Source of the DNA: an uncultured Blautia sp.
Lineage (GTDB): Bacteria; Bacillota; Clostridia; Lachnospirales; Lachnospiraceae
DNA: 58,261 nt
Direction of reading: 5' to 3'
Assembly: GCA_938028845.1 (NCBI GenBank)
Contig: CALIZJ010000150.1
Location: 1 to 58,261, forward strand
Of the stretch, positions 48,789 through 56,765 are shown one piece after another (positions within the stretch are counted from its first letter, which is position 1; every line of letters starts with the position of its first letter). The notes below the pieces were generated by a model that worked only from the letters and a program-made list of their open reading frames with translations, did not search any database and was not told the DNA's origin. Made by a program: the position numbers and the translations under genes.

Positions 48789-49976
48789 TCATAAGGTAAA
48801 TTCAATGCTTATTTTCGACAAAACCTGTTCCAGACGCTTTTTACAGTCAAAAAGGCTGTCGCCTGCCAGGATCACCTGCCCGATGCGGTCCCTGCCGTTT
48901 TGGTAACGGCGCACTTCATCTCCCGGACAGATATTAAAAGAAAGGTCGATCAGGTCTGGCGAAGGCGGATTTTCGTTCCGTATCTCCTTCACCTTTCCGC
49001 TTTTCCCGGAAAACAAAGTCTGCCCCAGGACGGCTCCCCACTGCCCTGGCCTTTTAAACATATGGGCAACAGGCATCCCAAGAGCCATCCGGGCAATCAC
49101 CTCATAATAATCGATCCCGTAGTAAAGCCCTACAAGCTCCGGCAGACAAGTAGCTCCCGCCCGCCCGGTAATCTCGATCACATAAATTTTTCCGTCTTTT
49201 TCTATCAGGTCGCAGTTCACCGGACAGTTATCCAGTCCTACCGCTTTAATGGCGCCCATAACCTGGCGTTTTACCTCCTCCCCTAAACATTCCTGGTTCT
49301 CATAGGGGATGGAGTGTCCGATCGGTGTGGGCACCGCGCTTTCAAAGGCAATGGTGTTATTGGGAAGGCAGTATAAAAGCTCTCCCTGGTACATCAGCGC
49401 CTCGCAGCCCATCAGTTTTCCCTGGATAAACTCTTCCACCAGGCAGTAATCTTTTCTTGTGGCCGCCATAGTATCTTCATAGTGAAGATAAGCCTCCTCT
49501 TTGGTATTGCAGCGGAAAATTCCCCGGCTGCCCATAAGATCCACCGCCTTTAGGATCACCGGAAAGGTAAGCTTTTCAAGGGCTTCTTTTAACTCCTCCC
49601 GGCTTCGCACACAAATATGGCGGGCGCAGCGCACGCCGCCTTTTAAAAAGGCTTCCTTCATTTTATATTTATCAGAACTTTTCTCCCCGGCGCTTTTAGA
49701 AAGTCCAAAAAGGCCCAGTGCTTCACAGGCATAGCCAAGGGCAGCCACTCCCGCGTCCACACAGCAGGTAGCGATCCCGTCTGCATGAAAATCCCTGGCT
49801 GCTTTCAGCACTTCCTCCGGCTTGGAGATATCCGCATAGGCACATTCATCCGCAGCCAAAAAACCAGGCCAGTCTCCTTTTGTGCTTGCGGCCACTGTCT
49901 TTACCCCAAGAGCGGAGGCTGCCTTATAAAGGGGAAGCTGGGAATAGCTTGCCCCCAGTATCATCAGTTTTTTCAT
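48789..49976 (-). CDS. ATP-grasp ligase (L-amino-acid-ligase-like)
   Basis: DKYKMK, FPVILKAVDLMGSRGI, VEEFIQG, IEITGRAG, DRIGQV. Confidence 0.85.
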   Translation of the reverse strand: MKKLMILGASYSQLPLYKAASALGVKTVAASTKGDWPGFLAADECAYADISKPEEVLKAARDFHADGIATCCVDAGVAALGYACEALGLFGLSKSAGEKSSDKYKMKEAFLKGGVRCARHICVRSREELKEALEKLTFPVILKAVDLMGSRGIFRCNTKEEAYLHYEDTMAATRKDYCLVEEFIQGKLMGCEALMYQGELLYCLPNNTIAFESAVPTPIGHSIPYENQECLGEEVKRQVMGAIKAVGLDNCPVNCDLIEKDGKIYVIEITGRAGATCLPELVGLYYGIDYYEVIARMALGMPVAHMFKRPGQWGAVLGQTLFSGKSGKVKEIRNENPPSPDLIDLSFNICPGDEVRRYQNGRDRIGQVILAGDSLFDCKKRLEQVLSKISIEFTL

Positions 49977-49981
49977 GCCTC

Positions 49982-52120
49982 TCAGACTCCTTTCTCATTT
50001 AACAGGTCAAAAAACAGAGGCGTTCCCCCTGTATGCCAGAATAAAATATTTTTACCGCATATGTTCTTTTCTTTTAGAAAAGAAACCATTCCATAAAATC
50101 CTTTTCCTGTGTAGGTCATGTCAAGAGGAATCCCATCGGATTTGTATACGGACCGGATCAGCTCCATGACAGCAGGCGAGTAAGCGCCGTATCCGCCTTC
50201 CATATAAGCGTCTGTAAACAAAATCTGTTCTTTCCATCCTTCTGGAAGGTCCGCCTGGAATTTTTCCGCATAGGCCTGTATATTTTTTTCGATAACCTCT
50301 CTTCCCCTTAAAGCGTTTCTGGAAACAGAGATTCCTACGATCTTCCGTCCGTCCCTTTTTAAAAGGCTTCCCATAAGAAGCCCGGACTGGGTGGCATTTG
50401 TACTGGAGGCAAGAAAAATGAAATCAAATTTGCTCCCTGTCCTTTCCTCATAAGAACAGATTTCCTGGTAAGCCTGCACATACGCCTCCATGGGAACCCA
50501 TTCGTTTCCCTCTCCCAGGGCATTTCCATAAATGTAGTAAGGGGAGTAGCCCTGTTCTGTAAGCTCCGCCTTTGCTTTTAAAACAGCAGCCGCGATTCCT
50601 TTTTTCCCACAGGGTATTTCCTTTACCTTTCCCGTTTTTATAAGACGGCTGTTTAAGGATTCTCCTTCCTCTTTTACATCCTCTGTATTATGGACCATAT
50701 AGCAGGGCATGGAAAGCGCTGTACACACTCCGGAAAGGATACGACAGAGATTGGAGTGATAATTTCCATATAGGATCATGGCGTCACAATGCTTTCTCTG
50801 CATATCCGCCACAAATTTTTCCGCAAACCGCACCTTATTTCCTCCAAAAGAAAAAGGCAGCAGGTCGTCGCGTTTTATAAAGAAATGATTCTTTTCATCT
50901 GTAAACTGCAGCCTCTGCACCGGCGTTTCATAGATTTCTATGGGATTTTTCTCCGGTCCCCGGTGCAAAAGCGCGTTCATTTCTTCTAGGGTATCGGTCT
51001 GAAGGATGTAAAAACCAGGGCGGTCCCCACTCTCAAGGATTTCCCTGTCAGGAAACTTTTGGGGCGCTACTGTTTTTTTCAGGCACTCCGAATGACTTTG
51101 CTTCAGCTCTTCCAGACGGTACAGATCTTCCTCGCACATAAGAAAACGGATGGCCGCTGTGTGCGTTCTTTTTTCCGGGATTTCCGGTTCTTTTCCGCAG
51201 GCAATGTCAATTACCATCTTTACATAATCCCAGCCGGTGGATAATGGCACCAGGTCTGACCCGATGCAGTCCCCTCCCATACGGGAACCAATCTCTATGA
51301 TATGTATATGTTCCTCTTCGTCGATCCGCAGCTCACTGTGGCTGGCCCCGTACTCCACTTCCAGGGCATCCAAAGCCTTAAAAACTGTCTCTTTTATTTT
51401 TGCTTCCAGTTTTTTGGAAAGAGGAGCCGGCTCTAAATGTCCCACTTCAATATAGTGGGGCTCTCCTGTGGTAAATTTTTTCGTAATGGCAAGGCAGGTG
51501 TGCTTTCCTTTAAAGCTGACCGTCTCCACGCTGTACTCCGCCCCAAAAAGGCAGCCCTCCACAATGGCTTTCTTTTCAAAAGACTGGCTGACTGCCCGCT
51601 CTATGGCAGGCCATAGCTCTTCTTCTCCTTCCACACGGGGGATGGCACGGCTTCCGGAACGGTCTGTAGGTTTTACAACGACAGGATAAGAGGGAACTGT
51701 AATTTCCCCGCTTCTTTCCATCCCATCTGGGGAAGCTTTCTTTTTTTCTCCCACTTTCTGAAAAAAAGGAACGGGAATCCCCGCCTCCTTAAGAGCTTTT
51801 CGCATGAGATATTTATTGGTGGTCTTTTTTATGCACCCCTCGCTGTTTCCGGGAAGGTTAAGCCTCTGGGCAAGGTACTGTACCGTAATATTGGCAAGAT
51901 CTGAGCCGATAGTTGCCACGCCCTGGGGCTGGATTTCTTTACATATGGAAAGTATTTTTTCTTTTTCCGTGATACTGATCTCGTAAAATTTATCTGCGTC
52001 CGCCGCTCCCGTAGCGCCTTCCCTCCAGGCAAACACATGGGTCTCATAGCCCATCTCTTTCGCCTTTTGTATAAGCGGTCTTTGAAAATCATTTGCACCG
52101 ATGATCACAATTTTCTTCAT
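49982..52120 (-). CDS. Fusion: ATP-grasp ligase + PLP-dependent D-cysteine desulfhydrase/ACC deaminase-like domain (712 aa)
   Basis: N-terminal NKYLMR, PVVVKPTDRSGSR, EYSVE, IEIGSRMGG; C-terminal KRDDL..FGGNKVR, SNLCR, LDMTYTGK, FWHTGG. RBS AGAGGA precedes ATG 52120. Confidence 0.85.
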   Translation of the reverse strand: MKKIVIIGANDFQRPLIQKAKEMGYETHVFAWREGATGAADADKFYEISITEKEKILSICKEIQPQGVATIGSDLANITVQYLAQRLNLPGNSEGCIKKTTNKYLMRKALKEAGIPVPFFQKVGEKKKASPDGMERSGEITVPSYPVVVKPTDRSGSRAIPRVEGEEELWPAIERAVSQSFEKKAIVEGCLFGAEYSVETVSFKGKHTCLAITKKFTTGEPHYIEVGHLEPAPLSKKLEAKIKETVFKALDALEVEYGASHSELRIDEEEHIHIIEIGSRMGGDCIGSDLVPLSTGWDYVKMVIDIACGKEPEIPEKRTHTAAIRFLMCEEDLYRLEELKQSHSECLKKTVAPQKFPDREILESGDRPGFYILQTDTLEEMNALLHRGPEKNPIEIYETPVQRLQFTDEKNHFFIKRDDLLPFSFGGNKVRFAEKFVADMQRKHCDAMILYGNYHSNLCRILSGVCTALSMPCYMVHNTEDVKEEGESLNSRLIKTGKVKEIPCGKKGIAAAVLKAKAELTEQGYSPYYIYGNALGEGNEWVPMEAYVQAYQEICSYEERTGSKFDFIFLASSTNATQSGLLMGSLLKRDGRKIVGISVSRNALRGREVIEKNIQAYAEKFQADLPEGWKEQILFTDAYMEGGYGAYSPAVMELIRSVYKSDGIPLDMTYTGKGFYGMVSFLKEKNICGKNILFWHTGGTPLFFDLLNEKGV

Positions 52121-52135
52121 AATATCCTCTGACAA

Positions 52136-52172
52136 GGAAATGTTGCAAAATCTTGTATTTTGCAACATTTCC
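52136..52172. repeat. Perfect 16-bp intercistronic inverted repeat
   Basis: GGAAATGTTGCAAAAT-CTTGT-ATTTTGCAACATTTCC. Confidence 0.85.
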
Positions 52173-52190
52173 GTCTCCTGCTGGAGCATT

Positions 52191-53273
52191 TTATTTCGTA
52201 TGGTACATTTCTTCGTAGTATTTCTGATAGTCTCCGCTGGTGACATTTTTCATCCATTCTTCGTGTTCAAAGAACCATTGGATGGTCAGGCGGATGCCGT
52301 CTTCAAAACAAGTCTCCGGATACCAGCCCACCTCAGACTTAATCTTGTCCGGTGCGATGGCATAACGGCGGTCATGACCTTTTCTGTCCTCCACATAGGT
52401 GATCAGATCCTCGCTTACCAAAGCTCTGCGGGGATCGCTTTCAGGAAGCATTTCCTTAAGGGTATCCAGGATGATGTGGATGATCTGGATATTCTGCTTT
52501 TCATTATGGCCCCCGATGTTATATGTCTCAAAAAGCCGTCCTTTTTCCTGAACCATATCGATTCCTTTGGCATGGTCCATTACATACAGCCAGTCACGGA
52601 CATTTTTTCCGTCCCCGTATACAGGAAGCTTCTTTCCCTGAAGGGCGTTGTTGATGATCAGCGGGATCAGTTTTTCCGGGAACTGGTATGGTCCGTAGTT
52701 ATTGCTGCAGTTTGTGATGTTTGCCGGGAATTTATAGGTATCCATATAGGATTTCACCAGCATGTCGGAAGATGCCTTGCTTGCAGAATAGGGGCTGTGG
52801 GGATCATATGGCGTAGTCTCATAAAAATAAGAACCGTCGTCCTCCAAAGAGCCATAGACCTCATCAGTGGAAACATGCAGAAATTTCTTATCCGCCTTAA
52901 AAGTGCCGTCCGGAAGTTCCCAGGCAGCCTTTGCTGCGTTCAGCATGTTTAACGTTCCCAGCACATTGGTCTTTACAAAGACATCCGGGTTTTTAATGCT
53001 TCTGTCCACATGGCTTTCTGCCGCAAAGTGGACTACACGGTCAATGTCGTTTTCCTCAAAAATCTTCATCATGGCGTCTCCGTCGCAGATATCCGCCTTA
53101 ATAAAAGTATAATTATCCCTGTCTTCGAGGTCCTTTAAATTTTCCAGATTTCCTGCATATGTGAGTTTATCCACATTGATGATGCGGATCTCATCTCCAT
53201 ACTTCTGGAACATATAGTGAATATAATTAGAACCAATAAACCCGGCTCCTCCGGTTACCAGATATGTTCGCAT
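52191..53273 (-). CDS. rfbB: dTDP-glucose 4,6-dehydratase
   Basis: TGGAGFIGSN, DKLTYAGN, FAAESHVDRSI, STDEVYG, YSASKA, YQFPEKLIP. Confidence 0.97.
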   Translation of the reverse strand: MRTYLVTGGAGFIGSNYIHYMFQKYGDEIRIINVDKLTYAGNLENLKDLEDRDNYTFIKADICDGDAMMKIFEENDIDRVVHFAAESHVDRSIKNPDVFVKTNVLGTLNMLNAAKAAWELPDGTFKADKKFLHVSTDEVYGSLEDDGSYFYETTPYDPHSPYSASKASSDMLVKSYMDTYKFPANITNCSNNYGPYQFPEKLIPLIINNALQGKKLPVYGDGKNVRDWLYVMDHAKGIDMVQEKGRLFETYNIGGHNEKQNIQIIHIILDTLKEMLPESDPRRALVSEDLITYVEDRKGHDRRYAIAPDKIKSEVGWYPETCFEDGIRLTIQWFFEHEEWMKNVTSGDYQKYYEEMYHTK

Positions 53274-53353
53274 GGTTTCTTCTCCTTTTTATTTCGCTTA
53301 AGTTCACTCCATTATAGCATCTTTATTTTTCACCTTCAAGGGAAAAGGCTTTA

Positions 53354-54850
53354 TCAGCGCCGGTTTGTACAGATTCCCTGGGCGTTGAATTTATAGGTCT
53401 GCCCTTTGGAATTTGTCACCTTGCAGTTTTGGAGCATTACGCCGGACCCTTTGGTGAAATAGTACCAGTTTCCATTGAGCTTCATCCATCCTTTTCTTGC
53501 TTTTCCGTTTATCTGGAAAAAATAGGTCTGGGATTTTCCGTTTATCTTTAAAGTTTTAAATCCCCTGTTATACTGTACGCCGTTCTGGTCCACATAATAG
53601 ATATCTCCGTTTTTCATGGTGATCTTTTTATTTTTATACAGGTAAGCTTTAGAAGGGTGGAAATAATAATATTTTCCATTTACTTTCTGCATCCCTCTAA
53701 GGGCATACCCTTTAGAGCCTACAAAATAGCGTTTTCCTCTAAAATCACACCAGCCCTTCAGGCGTTTTCCATCTGCCCCGAAAAGATACACATCACCGGA
53801 TTCGGACACCATAGCCGTATCCTTATACATAAATCCATAGGCGATGTCAAAGTAATACCAAGTGCCGTTGTCGTTCATCCAGTTACAGTGGGCAATTCCG
53901 TCATCCTTGAAGAAATACTGTTTTCCTTCAAATACCTGCCAACCATACTGGCGCTTTCCATCCTTCCCCACAAGGTAGATTCCAGGTTTTAAAAACAAAA
54001 GTTTATTTTTTACTTTTTTGTCATTTTCATAGTAGTAGTAAGCTCCGTTTTCCTTATACCAGCCGTTTTTCTTGCTGGTATCCGTTCCATTGTCCGTCCC
54101 TTCGTCCGGAAGCTGGTCGCAGTAACGCACAATGGCTCTGGCATCCGCCTGTGCCAGCCGGCGCAGCTTGGCATCAGAGCTTAAAAAATTCTTCACATCA
54201 GAGGCGTTGCTGATAAAGGCATGTTCAACGATCACCCCCGGCAGGTTCATCTCCACGCTGGAAGCCACGATCCCGTAATAATCCCGAAGAGCTCCGTTGG
54301 GGTAGCGGCTGTTGTTCTCTGTCATCCGGTATTCCATGCCGCCGGTTTCCGGAAAACGTTTATAAATCCCCAGTTTTCCCAGTTCCTCCATCACATAGCT
54401 TCCGAAAATCTTTTCTTTTTCTGCCAGGTAAGGGCGGTAGGTCCCTTTGGAGATCATCACAGAAGCGCCCCTTGCAGAGGGATTCGACACAGAATTTATA
54501 TGCTGGCTTACCAGCAGATCCGCACCGTAATCCTTTGCCCGCTGCACCCTTGCCCGAAGGCCAAGCTGCTCATAGTAGGAACGGGTAAGATGTACCTCTA
54601 TGTCCGGATACTTTGCAAGCTCCTGCATGGTATAGTTGGATATTTTCCAGTTTATTTCCTCTTCTTTGTAAAGCACTCCGTTGTGCCGCGCCCAGGCTCC
54701 AGTCTCCCCGCCTCCATGTCCGGGGTCAAGAACTACCACATGTTTTTTTACCGGGCTGATCTCTTTCGTAGCAAAGGCAGCAAAGCTGCCGAATATACAC
54801 GACAAGCCTGCTGCCGCCGCCAGGAGCAGAATCCATTTTTTCTTTTTCAA
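53354..54850 (-). CDS. N-acetylmuramoyl-L-alanine amidase (Amidase_3) with cell-wall-binding repeats
   Basis: LDPGHGG, E, SQHIN, IVEHAFISN zinc motifs; C-terminal GW...YYF repeats; TTG start. Confidence 0.9.
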   Translation of the reverse strand: MKKKKWILLLAAAAGLSCIFGSFAAFATKEISPVKKHVVVLDPGHGGGETGAWARHNGVLYKEEEINWKISNYTMQELAKYPDIEVHLTRSYYEQLGLRARVQRAKDYGADLLVSQHINSVSNPSARGASVMISKGTYRPYLAEKEKIFGSYVMEELGKLGIYKRFPETGGMEYRMTENNSRYPNGALRDYYGIVASSVEMNLPGVIVEHAFISNASDVKNFLSSDAKLRRLAQADARAIVRYCDQLPDEGTDNGTDTSKKNGWYKENGAYYYYENDKKVKNKLLFLKPGIYLVGKDGKRQYGWQVFEGKQYFFKDDGIAHCNWMNDNGTWYYFDIAYGFMYKDTAMVSESGDVYLFGADGKRLKGWCDFRGKRYFVGSKGYALRGMQKVNGKYYYFHPSKAYLYKNKKITMKNGDIYYVDQNGVQYNRGFKTLKINGKSQTYFFQINGKARKGWMKLNGNWYYFTKGSGVMLQNCKVTNSKGQTYKFNAQGICTNRR

Positions 54851-54871
54851 ACTTTTCTCCCTCTATCTTCT

Positions 54872-56446
54872 TTACTTTTTGTACTGTTTTATGCAAACTC
54901 CATTTTTGTTAAATACGGATACCACGCCGGAACCGCTGGTAAGGGTAATGTTCCGCGCCATGACCGCCGATCCCTGGGTATTTCCTTTATAAAAATAGTA
55001 TTTTTTTCCGTTGATGGTGTGCCAGCCTTTATAGGCTTTTGCATTCTTTCCGAAATAATAGGTATTCTTTTTTCCATCTTCCGTGATGGTCTTAAATCCG
55101 AAATTACAGCACCAGCCGTTGCTTCCGGCGTAATAAATATTCCCATCCTTGGCGATAACCTTTCTGCTCTTATACATATAGGCCGAAGTTTCGTCAAAGA
55201 AATAATATCTCTCCCCAATCTTCTGGGAGCCTTTTACTGCATAGCCGTTGGAACCCATATAGTAACGTTTTCCTTCCCAGCTTACCCAGGTATTTGTCAC
55301 CCGCGCTCCGTCTTCGTCTACATAACAGATATTATTTTTGCTGGAAGTGAGAAGGGTATCTTTAAAAAGTGCCCCTGCCTTGCTGCTGAAATAATAATAT
55401 TTCCCGTTGATTTTCTGCCAGCCTTTTACTTTTTCATCGTTTTTATAATAGTAGGTATAGCCGTTTTCCGTTACCCATCCGTTTTTCCCGGTGCTGACGT
55501 CGCTGTCGTCCCAGTCCAGATCCGGCGTGGCGGAGGGCTCATAAGTAGAAACCGCGCTCCATCTGGGGGTAATGATCTTTGTATAATCCACATAGCCAAA
55601 ATCAATATCCACATTATTTCCGCTGGGGATACCGGAGATCAGTCCTGCCGTAGAATTTAAGGTGCCGCCTCCATCTCCGTCTGTAGCCTGCCAGATCGTA
55701 TAGTCATAAGAAGAACTGGAGGGCGCCTGGATCGTGTCGCCGTACCGGGCAATCCAAACGTCGATGCCGTTTAAATAGCTCCAGTCCACTTCATTGTCAT
55801 ACCAGTTTGTATTGCAGTAAACCATGGGATAGTAGCCTGCTTTTTTTACTTCGTTGCAGAACACAACAGCCAGCTTTGCCACCTGTTTGGGGGAAAGCTG
55901 TCCCATCTGGGCGTATTCCAGATCGTATACTACTGGATAGGATACTTTATACCCGTCCATTTTTTGAATGGCAAGCTTCGCCTCTCTTAAAGCCATGGCG
56001 GGCGTAGTGGCGGTGCTGTATACATAGGTACCCACCGGCATACCGGCCAGCTCTGCCTGCTGCATATTGTAATCATAGGTCTTATCCAAATAATTGGAAC
56101 CATAGGCGATACGTACAAAGGCAAAATCTACATTTGAGTTTTTTACTTTCTGCCAGTTTATAGTTCCCTGCCACTCTGACACATCGATTCCTCTGGTAAT
56201 CGCGCCGGGAATCGCTACGCCGCTGCCGTTATAGCAAACGCCGTTAATCTTTTGCCAGGCTCTCCCGTTTGCCTTGGTGGTGCCGAAAAGAAGCTGTCCT
56301 TCTCTTTTGGCTGCCAGTTCGTTCTGATCCAGAGTGTCCCACCGCTGATAACTCTGTGCAGAGGCGGTACAGATGCCGGCCAAAAGAAGCCCCAGGCATA
56401 GGACGGTGGCTGTGATGGTTGTTCGGATCCACTTTTTCATTTTCAT
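54872..56446 (-). CDS. GH25 muramidase with cell-wall-binding repeats
   Basis: GIDVSEWQG, YDLE, WIARY, IWQ, VDID; C-terminal GW...YYF repeats. Start may be 6 nt downstream. Confidence 0.9.
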   Translation of the reverse strand: MKMKKWIRTTITATVLCLGLLLAGICTASAQSYQRWDTLDQNELAAKREGQLLFGTTKANGRAWQKINGVCYNGSGVAIPGAITRGIDVSEWQGTINWQKVKNSNVDFAFVRIAYGSNYLDKTYDYNMQQAELAGMPVGTYVYSTATTPAMALREAKLAIQKMDGYKVSYPVVYDLEYAQMGQLSPKQVAKLAVVFCNEVKKAGYYPMVYCNTNWYDNEVDWSYLNGIDVWIARYGDTIQAPSSSSYDYTIWQATDGDGGGTLNSTAGLISGIPSGNNVDIDFGYVDYTKIITPRWSAVSTYEPSATPDLDWDDSDVSTGKNGWVTENGYTYYYKNDEKVKGWQKINGKYYYFSSKAGALFKDTLLTSSKNNICYVDEDGARVTNTWVSWEGKRYYMGSNGYAVKGSQKIGERYYFFDETSAYMYKSRKVIAKDGNIYYAGSNGWCCNFGFKTITEDGKKNTYYFGKNAKAYKGWHTINGKKYYFYKGNTQGSAVMARNITLTSGSGVVSVFNKNGVCIKQYKK

Positions 56447-56503
56447 TTCTCATCCCTCATGTTTTTCGTTTTTGTCAAGATTTCGTTGCGAAGTTTTATG
56501 AAA

Positions 56504-56520
56504 TGTTAAGCTTTTGTTAC
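56504..56520 (+). promoter_or_regulatory. WalR/OmpR-type direct-repeat box
   Basis: TGTTAA-GCTTT-TGTTAC matches TGT(A/T)A(A/T/C)-N5-TGT(A/T)A(A/T/C). Confidence 0.6.
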
Positions 56521-56527
56521 GATTTTT

Positions 56528-56556
56528 ATTATACATTTGTTGGAGGGGTTTTGCAA
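56528..56556 (-). promoter_or_regulatory. SigA promoter for the GH25-amidase pair
   Basis: Minus strand TTGCAA (56556-56551), 17 nt, TATAAT (56533-56528). Confidence 0.7.
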
Positions 56557-56721
56557 TATGAAATATGGGGGAAGGGATGGGTAAGGGACGCCGAGAAGGA
56601 GCGTAGGCTTTACCTGGTGGTAGGGATGAGGTGTGGGGGCGCGGAGTTGGGTTGGTGTGGGGGGATAAAGGTAGTCGGTAGAGAGGGGGATAGATGAAGA
56701 TATTAAGAGGGGGGAATGTTT

Positions 56722-56752
56722 AAAAGGCTCTCCCTTTACGGGAGAGCCTTTT
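56722..56752 (-). terminator. Terminator after the L,D-transpeptidase gene
   Basis: AAAAGGCTCTCCC-TTTAC-GGGAGAGCCTTTT. Confidence 0.85.
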
Positions 56753-56765
56753 GGTGAAGCGTTTA

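Noticed and set aside
52120..52246. N-terminal extension of the fusion protein in the ORF track
   Set aside because: Overlaps the rfbB 3' end and the hairpin; the RBS supports ATG 52120.
54221..55660. 479-aa plus-strand ORF
   Set aside because: Antisense to the amidase and GH25 genes, no recognisable motifs; shadow ORF.
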